64,000 bases of DNA, taken from NCBI RefSeq assembly GCF_009914755.1, contig NC_060928.1; one strand, written 5' to 3'. This DNA is from the human T2T-CHM13v2.0 reference genome, Homo sapiens. The notes under the pieces were generated by a model. The model had not been told where the DNA came from. It ran no database searches and saw only the letters and a list, made by a program, of their open reading frames with translations. The position numbers and the translations under genes were made by a program. Shown here in pieces: positions 1 through 13,399 of the stretch (the stretch's first letter is position 1; each line of letters opens with the position of its first letter).

Positions 1-72
1 AGAATTTTGTTTCCTCTAAGTTCCAAGGAGATGCTGATGCTACTAGGATCACTCCTTAAGTAACAATGGTCT
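1..72. mobile_element. MER5A-like hAT DNA transposon end (partial)
   Basis: aagttccaaggagatgctgatgctactagg resembles the MER5A terminal segment. Confidence 0.5.
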
Positions 73-743
73 ACACTCTAGTGAACAAGAAGTCACTGAA
101 GAGTAGTCAGGAAACTAGGTGGGAACTGAGGGGATTAAACCTCTGCTATGTCGGCAGGGGTACTTGCTGGCTTATTAATAATAAAATAGTGGGATAAAAG
201 AAAACAATTAAAAAAAAAACAAGAGTTATGTTGACTGACACCAAAGTTCTCAGCAAAGGAATTAGAGGGCCAAGATTTGGAAAGATAATGCAAACAAAAA
301 AGGAGTTATGTTGAGCTGCATAAAACTCATTATATTTTGGAATAAATATCATGATAATTTTGGAATAAAGGGCAGGAGGATAAACAGAAAAGAGGAAGAA
401 CTCAGATAGGAGAAAGAGGCCGAGGTCTTTCTTTTATGGAGAAGGGTGACTCCTGACAACATTATGGTGAAGAAAGGACAGGGAATTTTCAAGGACAAGC
501 ATGTCTAATATTCCATTTTAACTTGTGTTGCTATATTGTAAATGCCCTGATTGCGTGAAGCATTGATAGAAGTCTACTGTATATGTACAGCCAGCTTTTC
601 AGTATAGGGAGTAAAAGTATAGGGAAGCAAATAAATAAAATGAAATAAAGCAATGAGCCTTCCTTAACAATCATCACTTTACCAAAGGCTATGTATGAAG
701 AGGAGCTCAAATCTCAAACTTTCAGGTAGATCAAAGAGCAGTT

Positions 744-1038
744 GTCAAATGGTATTTCTTGTTCTAGATCATTGAGGAATCACCCATATTCCCACTTATA
801 AGTGGGAGCTGAACAATGAGAATACATTGATACAGGGAGGGGAAAAACACACACTGGAGCCTGTTGCAGGGTGGGGTGAGGTTAGGGAAAGTATTAGGAA
901 TAATAGTTAATGCATCCTGGGTTTAATTCCTAGCTGATGGGTTGATAGGTTCAGAAAACCACCATGGCACACCTTTACCTGTGTAACAAACTTGTACATC
1001 CTGCACATGTACCCCAGAACTTAAAATTAAAATTAATA
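744..1038 (+). mobile_element. 5'-inverted, truncated L1PA insertion with 14-bp TSD
   Basis: 744-786 is an antisense L1 ORF2 piece (gtcaaatggtatttc..tctagatc..gaggaat). 787-1038 is a sense L1PA 3' end with an A-rich tail. TSD aaagagcagttgtc at 733-746 and 1039-1052. Confidence 0.9.
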
Positions 1039-1334
1039 AAAGAGCAGTTGTCCATTATATTATTAATTTATTGTGCAAACAGATGCATTTTAGAAAATAA
1101 ATAGCTGTGATATTAACCATTGTACAAAGGCAAAGCATCTCAACTAGGGCACTTCTAGACACACTGGAGTGTATTGTTGCCATAACCACAGTGCAGTTGG
1201 ACGTTGTGGAACTGAACATTAGTCACAATAGTGTGCATTTCATATGAGCAGATTTAAAGCACACAACTCAGGAGCAGATGGGGCACAAATCTCATATTTC
1301 CAAACTACACCAGAGAAAAGTGACTTTATTATAA

Positions 1335-2090
1335 TAGTTTTCTGGGGCTGACATAAATGACAAAGCACGACAGACTGGGTGGCCTACATAAAAGAAATTA
1401 TTTTCTTCCAGTTCTGGAAAAACACCAAGAGCAAAGTGTTTGCAAGGTTGGCTCCTTCTGTGGACTCTCTGCTTGTCTTGTAGGTGTCTGGCTTCTCAGT
1501 GTCCTCACATGGTCTTACCTCTGTGTGTATATACGACCAAATATTCAGTTCTTACAAGAACACCAGTCATATTAGAGAAGGGCCCACCGTAATGAACTCA
1601 TGCTATGGACTGAATATTCGTGTTTTCCCAAAATGCACATGTTGAAATCCTAACCTTCAATGTGATAGTTAGGAGGTCAGGCCTTTGGGAGATAATTAGA
1701 AAATGGGGCTGGAACCCTCATGAATGGGATTAGTGCCCTTTTACGAAAAGATGTGAGAGCTTGCCCCCTCTCTCTCTGTTCTCTGCCATATGCGAATACA
1801 AAAAGATGGCCTGGGAAACCAGGAAATGAGTCTTTACCAGACACCAGATGGGATGACATCTTAATCTCACACTTCCTAGCTTCTAGAACTATGAGAAATA
1901 AATTTATGTTGTTTAAACCACCAATGTATAATATTTCTATTATAACAGTGCAAACTGACAAAGACAGCTCATTTTAACTTAATTATTTCTTTAAAGACCT
2001 TGTCTCCAAATACAGTTATGTTCTGAGGTCTTAGGGGTTAGGGCTTCAGCACATGAATTTTCCAAAAACATATTAATTCTGCCCATAATA
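1335..2090 (-). mobile_element. MLT1B-like MaLR LTR interrupted by a nested MLT1A
   Basis: Antisense MLT1 motifs (cagactgggtggc, ccagttctgga, ctccaaatacagt..ttctgagg); homologous to the element at 14271-14644. Confidence 0.75.
1601..1965 (+). mobile_element. MLT1A-type MaLR LTR (nested)
   Basis: Starts tgctatggactgaat and ends aactgacaaagaca; contains ccctcatgaatgggattagtgccctt; flanked by actca/gctca, a degenerate 5-bp TSD. Confidence 0.85.
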
Positions 2091-2159
2091 ATTACCTTTG
2101 AAGAAAAGAGAGTAATTATTGGATAACAAAAATAATAAATATAATAATATTAATAGTTT

Positions 2160-2420
2160 ATTCTGCACATATTTATTGAGCAAACTATAGTTCTAGAAAC
2201 TGAGAAGTGAATAAAACAGATAAAAGGGACAGTTCTGGTAAGCCAATGTAGGAAGATAAATAATAATAAATAAGAGGCATGGTTGATGTTAAATTATATG
2301 GAGAAAAGTCCAGTCAGGAAGGGAGTGGCAAGTGCTGGAAGGGAACTTAGTCCACCACATTCAATATGGTGTCCAGGGAAGGGCTCACTGAGCCGCAATA
2401 TTTAGGCAAAAACCTGAAAG
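2160..2420 (-). mobile_element. L2 fragment
   Basis: atatttattgagca... antisense L2 3' end motif. Confidence 0.6.
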
Positions 2421-2433
2421 TAATAATAACACA

Positions 2434-3015
2434 CAGTTGACCCTTGAGCAACACTGAAGTTAAGGGCGCTGACCCCCTACTTCAGTCGAGAATCCGTGTA
2501 TTAGTTTTTACTCCCCAAAAACCTAACTCTTGGTAGCCTACTCTTGACCAAAAAGCCTTACCAATAATATAAACGTCAATGAACACATATTTTGGGTGTT
2601 ATATGTATTATATACATTATATACTGTATTCTTACAATAAGTTATGCTAGAGAAAAGAAAATGCTATTAAGAAAATTATACGGAGGAGAAAATATATTTA
2701 CTATTTATTAAGTGGAAGTGGGTCATCATAAAGGTCTTCATTACCTTTGTCTTCACATTGAGTTGGCTGAGGAGGAGGAGGAGGGGGAGAAAGAGAATAA
2801 GAAGAAGGAGGAGAAAGAGGAGGAGTGAGAGGAGGAGGAGATGGAAGAAGAGGAGGAGGAGTTGGTCTTGCTGTCTCAGGAGGGCAGAGACTGAAGAGGT
2901 GGAGGAAGTGTAACAGGAGGCAGGAGAGGGAGATAAACTAAGTGCATTATTGAAAAAAAATGTGCATTTAGGTGGGCCTGTGCAGTTCAAATCCATGTTG
3001 TTCAAGGGTCAATAG
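2434..3015. mobile_element. Tigger2-family (Tigger2a/MER28-like) DNA transposon with internal (GGA)n tract
   Basis: Terminal inverted repeats cagttgacccttgagcaacac ... atgttgttcaagggtcaatag; purine-rich tract at 2769-2862. Confidence 0.8.
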
Positions 3016-3099
3016 TGTACATGTGTATCTGTGTATGATCATAATAATGCTACACACACACACATATTATGTGTGTTATTTTTCCAGCTTTAGTGCTTA

Positions 3100-3340
3100 T
3101 TGTATAGTAAGTGTGGTTCTTATTGTATAGTATGGTTCTAAGAACTTTACACTCAGTACATCATCTTTAGTTATTTCTAGAGCCTGATAAAATAGAAATG
3201 TTCACTATCACCCTTTGATAGATGATGAAATTGAAGTTCACAGACGTTAAGTAATTTTTCAAGATCACACAGCATAAGCAAAGTAGTTTTCAATATCAAC
3301 TCTTCCTGGATCCAAAGCCAGTGGTCTTCTCCTTGTTCTA
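3100..3340 (-). mobile_element. MIR
   Basis: gatagatgatgaaattgaagttcacagacgttaagtaa MIR core. Confidence 0.7.
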
Positions 3341-3399
3341 CACTGGGCCTTTAACATATCTGTGTCTCCATGTTTTTTAGCTGGCAGAACCACACTCTC

Positions 3400-3600
3400 T
3401 CTACATATGAGGTCTCACTGAACCCCAGTGCTGCTTGACAACTATAACCTTTGGTATTCTGTTCAAGCCTCAGTTTCTTCATGTGAAATGGGGTTAGCCT
3501 CAGAGGTTTATGGTAAGTATTAAGAGCTAATTTTTCTTAACCATTAAGAATATACTGTCTGGGACATACCAGGAGCTCAGTAATGAGAATTGCCATAATC
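3400..3600 (+). mobile_element. MIR
   Basis: agcctcagtttcttcatgtgaaatggg MIR core. Confidence 0.65.
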
Positions 3601-4674
3601 GTCATTATTATAAGCCTCTACCATTGCCATAAAGGACCTTCATAACCTCTCAACTAGGCAACATAACCCTATCTGTGAGATGAACGCTTTAGAGTAAGTT
3701 ATATTCAAAATCGTTTCTACCACTAATGTATTATGAGTCTACATAAAATGTTCATTTGAGGAAAATGATGCTATTAAAATGCTAGAAGTGTAGACTTGTT
3801 TCTACATAGGGCATAGGCATGTCGAAGGGCATCTGACATATTTCTCAGACGAGAGTGAAGGTGAAAGAAATTATCTGCCATGAGCCTTTATGTCAATGAA
3901 CACTAAAGAGCTTCATGATTTGTGTTCTTTTGTCTGTCCTACTTATAGTCAAAATTGAGAGTTTTACATTGCTAATAGGAACATTCATTCACAAATCAAG
4001 CCAGACATGACACAGAGCACATTCAAAGTGGGACTGGCACAGCCTGTGACAACCACAGACCACTGCATTTATCTATATAGAATTTTCTCAGCCATGAAGG
4101 GTAAAATAGGAAAGTTTCCAGACTTTCTTCCTCTAAGCCCTGTTTTTAATGTAATTTTCTTCAAATCAATGTTATGTTTTTAGAAAATAAAAAGAAAATC
4201 TAAATGTTAGGCAAAATAAAATAAAATAACAGAAAACTGAAAAATTACCTAGCCTTAGCCCTTATTCCTAGACAAGAAGGCCCAAAACATAGTTGTATAA
4301 TTCTGCCTGAATGCTATCAATAGTTGATGACTCAGTATCTTAAATAGAGCCCTTTATGTTTTTTTCTAATTATTAGAACCCTTCTTGGACTTCTGGGCAA
4401 TATAAGAGAATGTGATGAACCCTTACCCTGCAATACAAAGAGTAACAAGGATTCAAAGCGGTTCCACATGATAAAAGATCAGAGATAGGATTGCTGTGTG
4501 AAATAGGGGCCTGAAGTAGCTAGAAAAAGATACTGATAATTGTAGAAACCTCTGTCCAAGAGTAGACAATAATGGGTTGGTTGTCTGGGGTTGTAGGAAA
4601 GTGAAACAACAGTCCTATCATCAAAAAATTGCTGAAGGTGTGTTGACTCACAGTTAATTATATTGCATTTCTCT

Positions 4675-5050
4675 GTATGGTAAATTATCTTTAAAGATAA
4701 TTACCAACAATTCTTTCTCTTCCTTTTTCTATAATGTAAGCAAACTTGTGTGGATTGCTAACATCCACACAGTAGTCTCCACTAGGCTACCTAGAGGAGA
4801 ACCAGAGTCCTCCCACTGATAGCCAGTCCCAAAGTCAGACATGTAGTGAACAACCTCCTTGGTTGTTCCAGCTGGGAAGTCTCCACTGTGCTCCTTGCTG
4901 GATGCAAATACATATCTTTATCTTATATCACATGAGCAAAAATAAGCAACAGCCAGGTTAAAACTGGAGAATCAGGAGCAAATAAATGATTGTTGTTTAG
5001 GCTACCAAATATTAAAGTGGTTTATTAAAGAGCAATAGTTACCTGCAATG
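4675..5050 (+). mobile_element. Old MLT1 (MLT1G/H-like) LTR
   Basis: agacatgt..gaa..cctcc, aaataaatgattgttgttt..agcaatag 3' motif. Confidence 0.55.
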
Positions 5051-5199
5051 CTGTGAAACAAAGCTAAAGCCACCAATGAGAGATCTAGTTCCAACTGAGG
5101 CAATCAATGAAAAGGCGAAAAGCATAAAACCACTACATGCAGAAGTAAGTATGAAGTTAAAAATAAAAATTAATACTACTCTCTTCCCTCAAGTTGAAA

Positions 5200-6095
5200 T
5201 AAAATTTCAAAATTTATGAGGCCCACAAATTTCAACAAACCCAAGACAAAAAAAAATACTTCTGAGGAAATGAAAAAATAGCACAATCTTCAAAGGACTT
5301 AAAAACAGTTATATTCCAAAGCATGAACAAGATGAATAAAACATTCAAACAAAAAGTAATAGAAATAATTGGAAGCAAATGAAGGTGAATATAAAAAAAT
5401 TTAGTAGTTCAGAAATGTATCCACAATTTTTTAAATAATTTTCTTAGAAAGTAATTTGATACTTCTGGGACACTTCTCTAGTCTGGAAGAAGAAGTAAAT
5501 TATGAGGCATTAAAGAGAAATTCACCAAGAAAATCACACAGATAAATAAATAGGTGAAAATCATGAGAAAGGAAAGGAAAGTCATATAAATAAATAGATT
5601 GAGAAGTTCTAATTTAAAATACTGTTATAGGCACTGTAATATGTGGCCCACATCTGCCTTCAGTAAAAAAAATTTGCTGACACACTTTCCAGGAACCTTG
5701 GACTACCTCAGAATCTGCCTTCTGAGAAATCTAACAGGAGCTATTTGGTTTCAGTAGTGATTCATGAAAGTAGAAGCTAAGATGGGTTTTGAGCTGAGTC
5801 TCTCACCACCTGGCTGCCAATGGGGAATATATGTTTAGGTGGGTAGTTTAATTGTTATATAGCTAGTATGCCAACAAATATGACAAAGTGAAATAATAAG
5901 AATAATCTAAAACAAGGTAAAAAAGAAAAATATAACAAAGAGAAAAATGGAGAAAATAGAAAACAGCAAAATTTTTGATAGACCTAATCTAACTATATAA
6001 ATTATCACATTAAATATAAATGTTCTAAATACCTCAAGTAAAAGGCAGAGATTGTCAAATTGGATCTTCAGAAAAGCAAGATCCAACTATATTGG
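5200..6095 (+). mobile_element. Old L1M fragments (ORF1 to ORF2 start), interrupted at ~5635-5850 by an ERVL/LTR16-like piece
   Basis: A-rich L1-like sequence; aaaaggcagagattgtca..tggat..aaagcaagatccaactata is typical of the L1M endonuclease region. Confidence 0.55.
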
Positions 6096-6996
6096 TTCTA
6101 TATTGTATGTAGCCTTATACATAATCTTGAGCTTTGTACTATAATGTGGGTAAGTTACTTTGAAACTTTTGGTACTTTTGGATTTGTTTATATCACATGT
6201 TAGGAAGGCCTTACACAGTGCTCAAACTAAGGCTAATGTTTCCTACTGCTGAGATGAAAATAAATTTTTCCAGTATGACTGGTGAGAATAGGCAGTATTC
6301 CTGATCTAGTGTGAGTTTCAGGCACTCTTCTCAATTACCCTTTGAACAGCCTTTCTTCAGCCTCAGACAGTTTCATCATACACATGCTCTGATCAATTTT
6401 CTGCAGAATGGAACCCTCTTCAGAAGGGTTGCAGTTATCTCTTTTCTGATATTCTGTCCTGCAAATGCTAGCCACCTTTGCTTTCATAGACTCTCAGCTC
6501 TGTCACAGTTTCCTCTCCCCAGGTCATGGACTGGAGATTTCTTCAAGGCAAGGAATATGGAAAAATCATAGGGTTCAACTCATGTTTTCTATTTCTCATT
6601 GATCACTATTCTTTTATCTTGCTTTATGTTCAGTGTTTTGAAAACAAACTGCCCCATATTATTTTTTGTTTAATTTTTTCAGTACCTTTGGGCTAGAGGG
6701 CAAATCCTGTCCCTGTTACTCCTTGCTGGTTAGGAGCAAAAGTGAGATAGGATACTAAGTGAACAAAAGCAGGGTTCAAACATTCTGAAACCATATTATC
6801 TCAATCAGGGCATACAAATGTTGGTAGGTTATACAGCCAAGAGGGCATAGGGCATCTGTTAAAAGTCAGTATTCTTTAAAAATTTACATCACTGAGAAAG
6901 ATTCACTTTTTAAATGAGACAATAAAATGGTTTTTTGAATGTTTTTAATATTATGTGCCATCAGTAACTATAGCAAATTTCAAAACCCCATATAAC

Positions 6997-7860
6997 CATT
7001 GTTCCTAAACTGTTTTTAAAAGTTACCTGAGGCTGAGCATGGTGGTTCATGCCTGTAATCTCAGAACTTTTGGAGGCCGAGGTGAGAGGATCACTTGAGC
7101 TCAGGAATTCAAGACCAGCCTAGGCAACATTTAGTGAAACCTCCTCTCCACTAAAATAAAATAAAAAAAAATAGCCAGGAGTGTTGACACATACCTGTAG
7201 TCCCAGCTACTCAGGGGACTGAGGCAGAAGGATCACTTAAAGCCTGGAGGTTGGAGGTAGAGGCTGCAGTGAGCCCTGATTGCACTCTAGCATGGGTGAT
7301 AGAGTGAGGCTCTGACTAAAAGGAAAAGTTACCTGAACTACCACAGCAAACTCTCAGTACTGCAGGATATTGTGCCTTTTTTATAGAAATACAGTCCTAG
7401 TCAAAATCTGTTGAATACTACATAAACTACTAGCTCAAGGTAGTTCACATTTTCAACAATAGTCCACGTTACATTCCTCTTGATAATGACATATGTTTAT
7501 AAATTTGGGTTTTTAATAGTTGCTAAAAGCAAGTTATTTGTAACCAATATGAAACAGGAAATTAGGGTGGTGGTATCCAATTTTATTTCCAGTATTACAA
7601 AACTATGCAGTGTTAGCAGATAGACAAATCTTATTAGTGAATAATTGTTATTATTTATAAATCAAATTAAAATATTATTTTATTTATGTGCATTATTTTT
7701 CAAATCGCTATATACTTTGCATACACCTATTGACTCTAGAAGTTAATATATTTAATAACTATGTAAGTATTTGATAAATCAAAATTTTAGACATCTATTT
7801 TGTCCTGGAAGTGCCATGAAAAACATTATTGTAAAATGAAGCATTCTTTGAACAAAGACA
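6997..7860. mobile_element. Charlie1-like hAT DNA transposon remnant, interrupted by an Alu
   Basis: gaaacaggaaattagggtggtggtatccaa and aactactagctcaaggtagttcaca resemble Charlie1 consensus segments. Confidence 0.55.
7031..7323 (+). mobile_element. AluJ with 13-bp TSD
   Basis: Dimeric Alu with J-type ggatcacttgagc; TSD aaaagttacctga at 7018-7030 and 7324-7336. Confidence 0.92.
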
Positions 7861-7892
7861 GCTGGGGCGCCTCTATCACAGATCAAGATCAT

Positions 7893-7940
7893 ACACACAC
7901 ACATATATATACACACACACGTGCACACACACACACACAT
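7893..7940. repeat. Interrupted (CA)n/(TA)n microsatellite
   Basis: Seen directly. Confidence 0.9.
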
Positions 7941-8639
7941 TTACTCCCCCACAAAGAAACACCACACAATGTCAAATATTAACAGTGATTTACTTACACA
8001 ATCAGAAACATCGCCCTTTGATGCTTTTGCTTAATCCTCCATTGCATTGCCACCAATGAGGACTATATGCAGTAAAATGGTCAAGACAAAGAGGAATGAA
8101 TTAACAGATATATTCTTAGGGGCAGAGTAGGCAATAGAAAAATAAAAGGCAATGCTTCAACAAGAAAACTGTTAAAAGCACTGTTTTTGGCAGAGGTAGG
8201 GAGTCAGAGTTAGATGAACACTGGCAATAGACTTGATTTGAGGCAGAGATCCAGATCTAAAAGAGAAGACTCTTGGCAGTAAGATGAGATCAAATCATGA
8301 GCAATGGACTCACAGATGGGACTACAGACCCAGGATTGTGTAGGGAAACTTACCACACCAGCTGCTGAGGATGTGGGGTCCTGGAAACTCATTCAGGGCA
8401 GGCACTAGGGAATGGATGCTATGCAGACCATTATAGAAAGAGGGCAAGGAAGTTGTGACTGGAGGAAAAACACAAATTGTCTAACTAGTTCAGGGCTAAG
8501 TTCTAGTTACTAGCTCTAGGTCCAGAGCATGATTGATGTTGACCCTTTAAGCCAGAATCATGTCTGTTTAATAGTCCTCCTAATCAGAGGGAGGGTACTG
8601 AGCCAGACGGGGTTATGAGATCTCACCTTTGAAGGTGAG

Positions 8640-8830
8640 CTATGTGGTGGATAAATGAGGATGGAGATAGTTTGGTTGACCACATCTGATTTTGAGTCTC
8701 TATCCTGCCATTTGTGAGCTATGAAACCGTGAGTAACTCAAACTCTTGAGCCTCAGCTTCTTCTTCTATAAAAAAATAGAGCAATAGTTTCTACCCTACA
8801 GGACAATAATGAGACCCAAGGGACATTTTT
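8640..8830 (+). mobile_element. MIR
   Basis: gagcctcagcttcttcttctataaaa MIR core. Confidence 0.65.
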
Positions 8831-9166
8831 CTTACCTAGGATTTGACCTTGCTGAACCTAGAGAATATTTGGATTTACTAAATTTATAAAATTGTCATTA
8901 TATATTTCAGTAACCTCTGTGAAATATTTCTGAGTTCCAAACCACAATGTATCAAAACATCCTCCTTCATTGAGATTACCGCCATCTTTAAAGATCTACT
9001 AGAATCCTTCCTTGATGTGCATGAACAGAACTAATTGCTCCTTCCACAGTGTTTACATGTATTTTTCTTGGGCATCTTCCAGCCTTTCTATTCTTTATCC
9101 TTTTTTTGCTTTATCAAACACATATTGAATGTAACAATTAATGAAATATGGTCCCTTTCTCTAGAA

Positions 9167-9350
9167 CAAGGTTTGACATATTTTTCTATTAAGAGCCAGA
9201 TGTTAAATATTTTAGGCTTTGTGAACCACACATGGTCTCGCTTGCATATTCTTATGTCTAACAATATTTTTAAAAGGTAAAAAAATAATCATGCTCAGCT
9301 CATGGATTATAAAAGAGTAGTCTGCAGGACAGATTTCAAGATGGGCCATA
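9167..9350. mobile_element. MER58-like hAT element
   Basis: aagagccagatgttaaatattttaggctttgtg. Confidence 0.7.
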
Positions 9351-9549
9351 GTGTTTCATTCCCTTTTGGAAAATCATAGTTTTGTGAGAAAAACAGAAGA
9401 GCAAATGACAAAAATGATGAGAAATCAAAATACAGGATGACACACACCACATATGAAGTTTTGGTAGCATCAAGAAGAAAACAGCCAACACTTCCATAAC
9501 ACCTACTAGGCATCAGTCTCAGATCTAAGTACCCTACACATATGACCAC

Positions 9550-9720
9550 ACTTAAACCTTATAGCAAACCTATGAAATAGGTATTATTTAACTCCTTTTT
9601 ATAGATGACGACATTGAGGCACAGAGAGACTATATAATTTGTCAAAAGTCACACAGCCATGGAAAGGGAGGTCTTGTATTTGAACTTAGGGGATTTGTAT
9701 CTAGCGTTGTCTTTCTTCTC
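9550..9720 (-). mobile_element. MIR
   Basis: aggtattatt..ttttatagatgacgacattgaggcacagagag. Confidence 0.7.
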
Positions 9721-10747
9721 GCTACTATTGGATTCTAAACTTCCTTGTTCTTCATCTCTGTGTCGCAAAAACTGTCTTTTTCACTACTGAAGTCACTGGT
9801 CCCAGTGAAGTATTACTTTGATTTTTTTCTTTAATCTCAGAGAATGTCTACAGAGGTGCTTTCTGAGGCCTTGAATGTACAAATCTACAGCACATCTTTG
9901 TTTAGTCATTAATGATTATCTAAAATGAAGTGGTCTGGAGAATAGAAGAAAGAAAGAGATTGGTTAAGAGTTTAAACATTCTATAGATCTTAAAAAAATA
10001 AAAGCCAAGCCCCCAGTCATATACTTAAAATATTACAAAATAATTTTAGGTTCTCATTAATGGCCAGAAAAAGGGTGCTAATCTTTTGGGGGCAAGGGAT
10101 TCAATAAGTTTATGGTTAAGTTCTCATTGTAATGTTATGATGATTGTACTGGTGGAGGTAGTTTTAGGTGGTTGAGCTTCTCAACCAAAGAGTCAAAGAA
10201 TCCAAAATAGAGATGACTACAATTATAATGATAAAGCAAAACATTTAGAATTTGTAAAGTACTTAAACAGATGATCTTGTTTAATATTTACTTTTTATTT
10301 TGGAATAATCTCAAAGGTTACAGAAATTAAATGAATTGTGCAAGATCACCCAGCTGGTAAGCATCAGAGCCAAAACTCAATCCCAGCTCTAAGCAGCCAG
10401 ACCACTGCATTCTCTGCATCTGATATTCACCACGTGTGTGGCATCGTGGAATATAGAGTGTTCTCTTGCAATATGAATGTCCACCAGACGTGGCTGCAAG
10501 TCCAACTCTACCACTTAGAAGCGTGTAATACTGGGCAAGTTGCTTCATTTCCCTAAACTTCAGCTCTCTCATGTAATGTGAGGGTTATTTAAACATATAC
10601 AATATCATGATATAATACATACATGGTGCATGTAATTTACTTGATATAAAGTGTACCTCCCTTTAAGAAATGTGACTAATCACATTTTACAGATGAAGAA
10701 AATGAGATGTTAAAGATTCTCCTCTTCCTATTCCTGAATTCTTGCTC

Positions 10748-10766
10748 TGTCCACTAGATGGTGACA
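10748..10766 (+). promoter_or_regulatory. Candidate CTCF binding motif
   Basis: tgtCCACTAGATGGTGaca matches the CTCF core CCASYAGRKGGCR except at one position. Confidence 0.4.
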
Positions 10767-13399
10767 TCTCGGTAATCCATAGAAGATCTAAAGCAAAGGA
10801 CTCTCTCTCCTATGCGCCTGGGTGTCTGGGGCTCATTTCCCAAGGGGCATTGTTAGAATTGATATTACCCACAATCTGTGGCCTTGAGATACATGTATAT
10901 TAATCTCCCTTTTTTTCTGCCTTCATAGCATTTTAAAATGGACAATGAAATATTTGCAGAATATGCTGAGAAAATTACTTTGTAAATGTATCCAGATTTT
11001 ACTGTTCATTCCTGGCACTTCTTGAACTGTCAGGAATTAGCCAACACTAAAAATGTCCCTTTAAATTTGAGATTGCACCTGCCTCTCAAAAGTGATATAT
11101 TGCTTCTTACTGTGCTGACATGCTTGGGAGGCAGATGGTGGGTCCTATAACCAGCTATGACTTTTTTTCTCATACTAAGGGTAGTCAGGTCTACATCCCC
11201 ACCTCTCATTATTGTAGATTGCAATAATGAATGCTAAGTCTGTCCTTTCCCCAGCTCAGAGCTTCTTCAAAAAGACTTGCAGTCAATCGTGTTTACCAAG
11301 TAGCAGTCGACTCAAACTCAAGTAATCTTCATTTACTACTTCTGTTGTTCCACTCCTAGGTATTTCTACATATAATTTTTAGCTTAACCCTAAAGCCAAT
11401 CCTTTGAAAAAAAAATAAAGATAAAAGAACATAATTTACTGTTCACAGCCATAAAGTCAGTAAAGAGTATAGCTGGGACCCGCCCCGAACCCCCTCACAC
11501 ATATACAAGGAAATTTCAGCCAAATGCATACAATAGGACAAAAATAGATACACTTAATATGTGATAGGGAAAAACCCCAAGAAAAATATGGCCAAAATTC
11601 TGAGATTAACCGTACACTATTTGTGACAAGAACAAATGTTTTGACCAGATCTTGTGTACAATAAATAGTAATGTCTTGATATCTATAATATGTCAAGCAC
11701 AGTTCTAGATTCCGAGGTGTAAGGATAAATCAGATCTTCACATTAGCCTCCAACCAGAAGGCCAAAATGGGGCCATAGGATATAACTTTTCTTTTTCATA
11801 AAGATTTAGAGATAACATTAGCCAAACACAAGTCTAGGGATTAGATGGTTAGGTGACTAGAATGCACCTGTGCTGATGACCAATGTCCTCTTCAAAGTTC
11901 CCAAGGTTGCCATAGACTATTCCAAAGATATTGCCGTACTTTAATTTTTATTCTGATTATCTAATAAATATATGACCAGTTTGTGAAACTTGAAAAATAA
12001 ATTCATAAAGGAACTTATTTTAAAAACATCCCAGAATCCTGTACTTGAAGAAAATTATTAATATTTTCTTGAACTTTCTTCCAATTTTATACATATTATC
12101 AAAATCTTATAAATGGATGCATCATATCTCATTGTACAGGGCTATCATAATTTGCTTAACTATTCCCCTAATAAAGCATTTCTAATTTTTCACTGTTATA
12201 GATAATACTGCTGTGATGACCATCTTTATCTGTATTTTAGCTTTCTTGTTTCTGCACAATTCCATAAAAGTGTCTATTAAATATTTAAGCAAAGACAAAT
12301 TTTAATTCTTTATGAATAATCTTAGATTTTCTTTTAAAATAAAATTGTGTTTCAAGTGCTGTGGGATAAAAGTTTGATGTGAAAATTCGGAAGGTGAAGA
12401 AGACGAATGACAGTAATTTTATTCCAGAATCATATGTGATTTTCCAGAAAAGAGACATTATTGTGTTGTGAAAGGTAAACAGAATCCCTACTTCCTTCTG
12501 AATAAAGTCATAATTCCTTAATCTGCAAAGGAAGTTCTCTCCTTCGTCCCAGAATAAACTATATTAAACAACATCTGTGGCCAGTTCTATCACTTTCTAG
12601 TTCCTGACATACCTTTCTCTATAATTTGCCATTTTCTAACTCATGTTGTGCCACCAGTTTTTCTATTATGTACTCATCACAGAATCCTTCTCTCTCATTC
12701 TCACCTCTTGAATTCATAACCTTCCCTTAATACCCTTCAGGTTTCAGTCAAATTTCTCTTTGCCACAACTGATCACTTTAGATAAAATTGACTCCAGCTC
12801 CAGCTACAGAAGTAGAACACAATTAAAACACTTCTACAGGAAATTATTTAAACATTCACTGTAATTTGATTGCATGCCTACCTCTATTGTAGGTCTGTGC
12901 ACAACTGTCTAATCTTCTCTAATAGAGTTCTCTCTGAGGCTGGGGCCTATGTCTTTATAAAAAGCCTCGATGGAAGCCAACAGGATCCTACACAAGTGAG
13001 GTGTGCCTATAAACATGGTCAAAAATACGCTCTTGAAAGCCCCTTTTCCAAAACTGCTGTCATCAGTTCACCTCCCTTTCTTGCTGTTCTCCTCATCTTT
13101 CCTCCCCCAAACCTCTTGGCCATTAACCTGGCTTGCCACTGCTAGTCTTTTATATCCTGGCGTGGTCATCTCCTTATCTGTCCTCTAACCACCTGTAAGT
13201 CTGGTATGATCACTGCATTGAGATACTTGGAAGGGGATATAACACGAAATGAACTAGTTATAGAAAAAGAAAAAAATTAAGTAAGCAGTAACAATACTGG
13301 TGTTTTCTATCTTAGAACACTTTTGTGATGAGATCAGATAAGGCAGCCCATGTGAAAGTGATGCCACGCATTTGTCAAAAGCGCCCCTTTTTCATGAGT

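Noticed and set aside
2676-3005. Leu-rich 109-aa minus-strand ORF resembling a membrane protein
   Set aside because: It comes from the (GGA)n tract within a Tigger2-type element.
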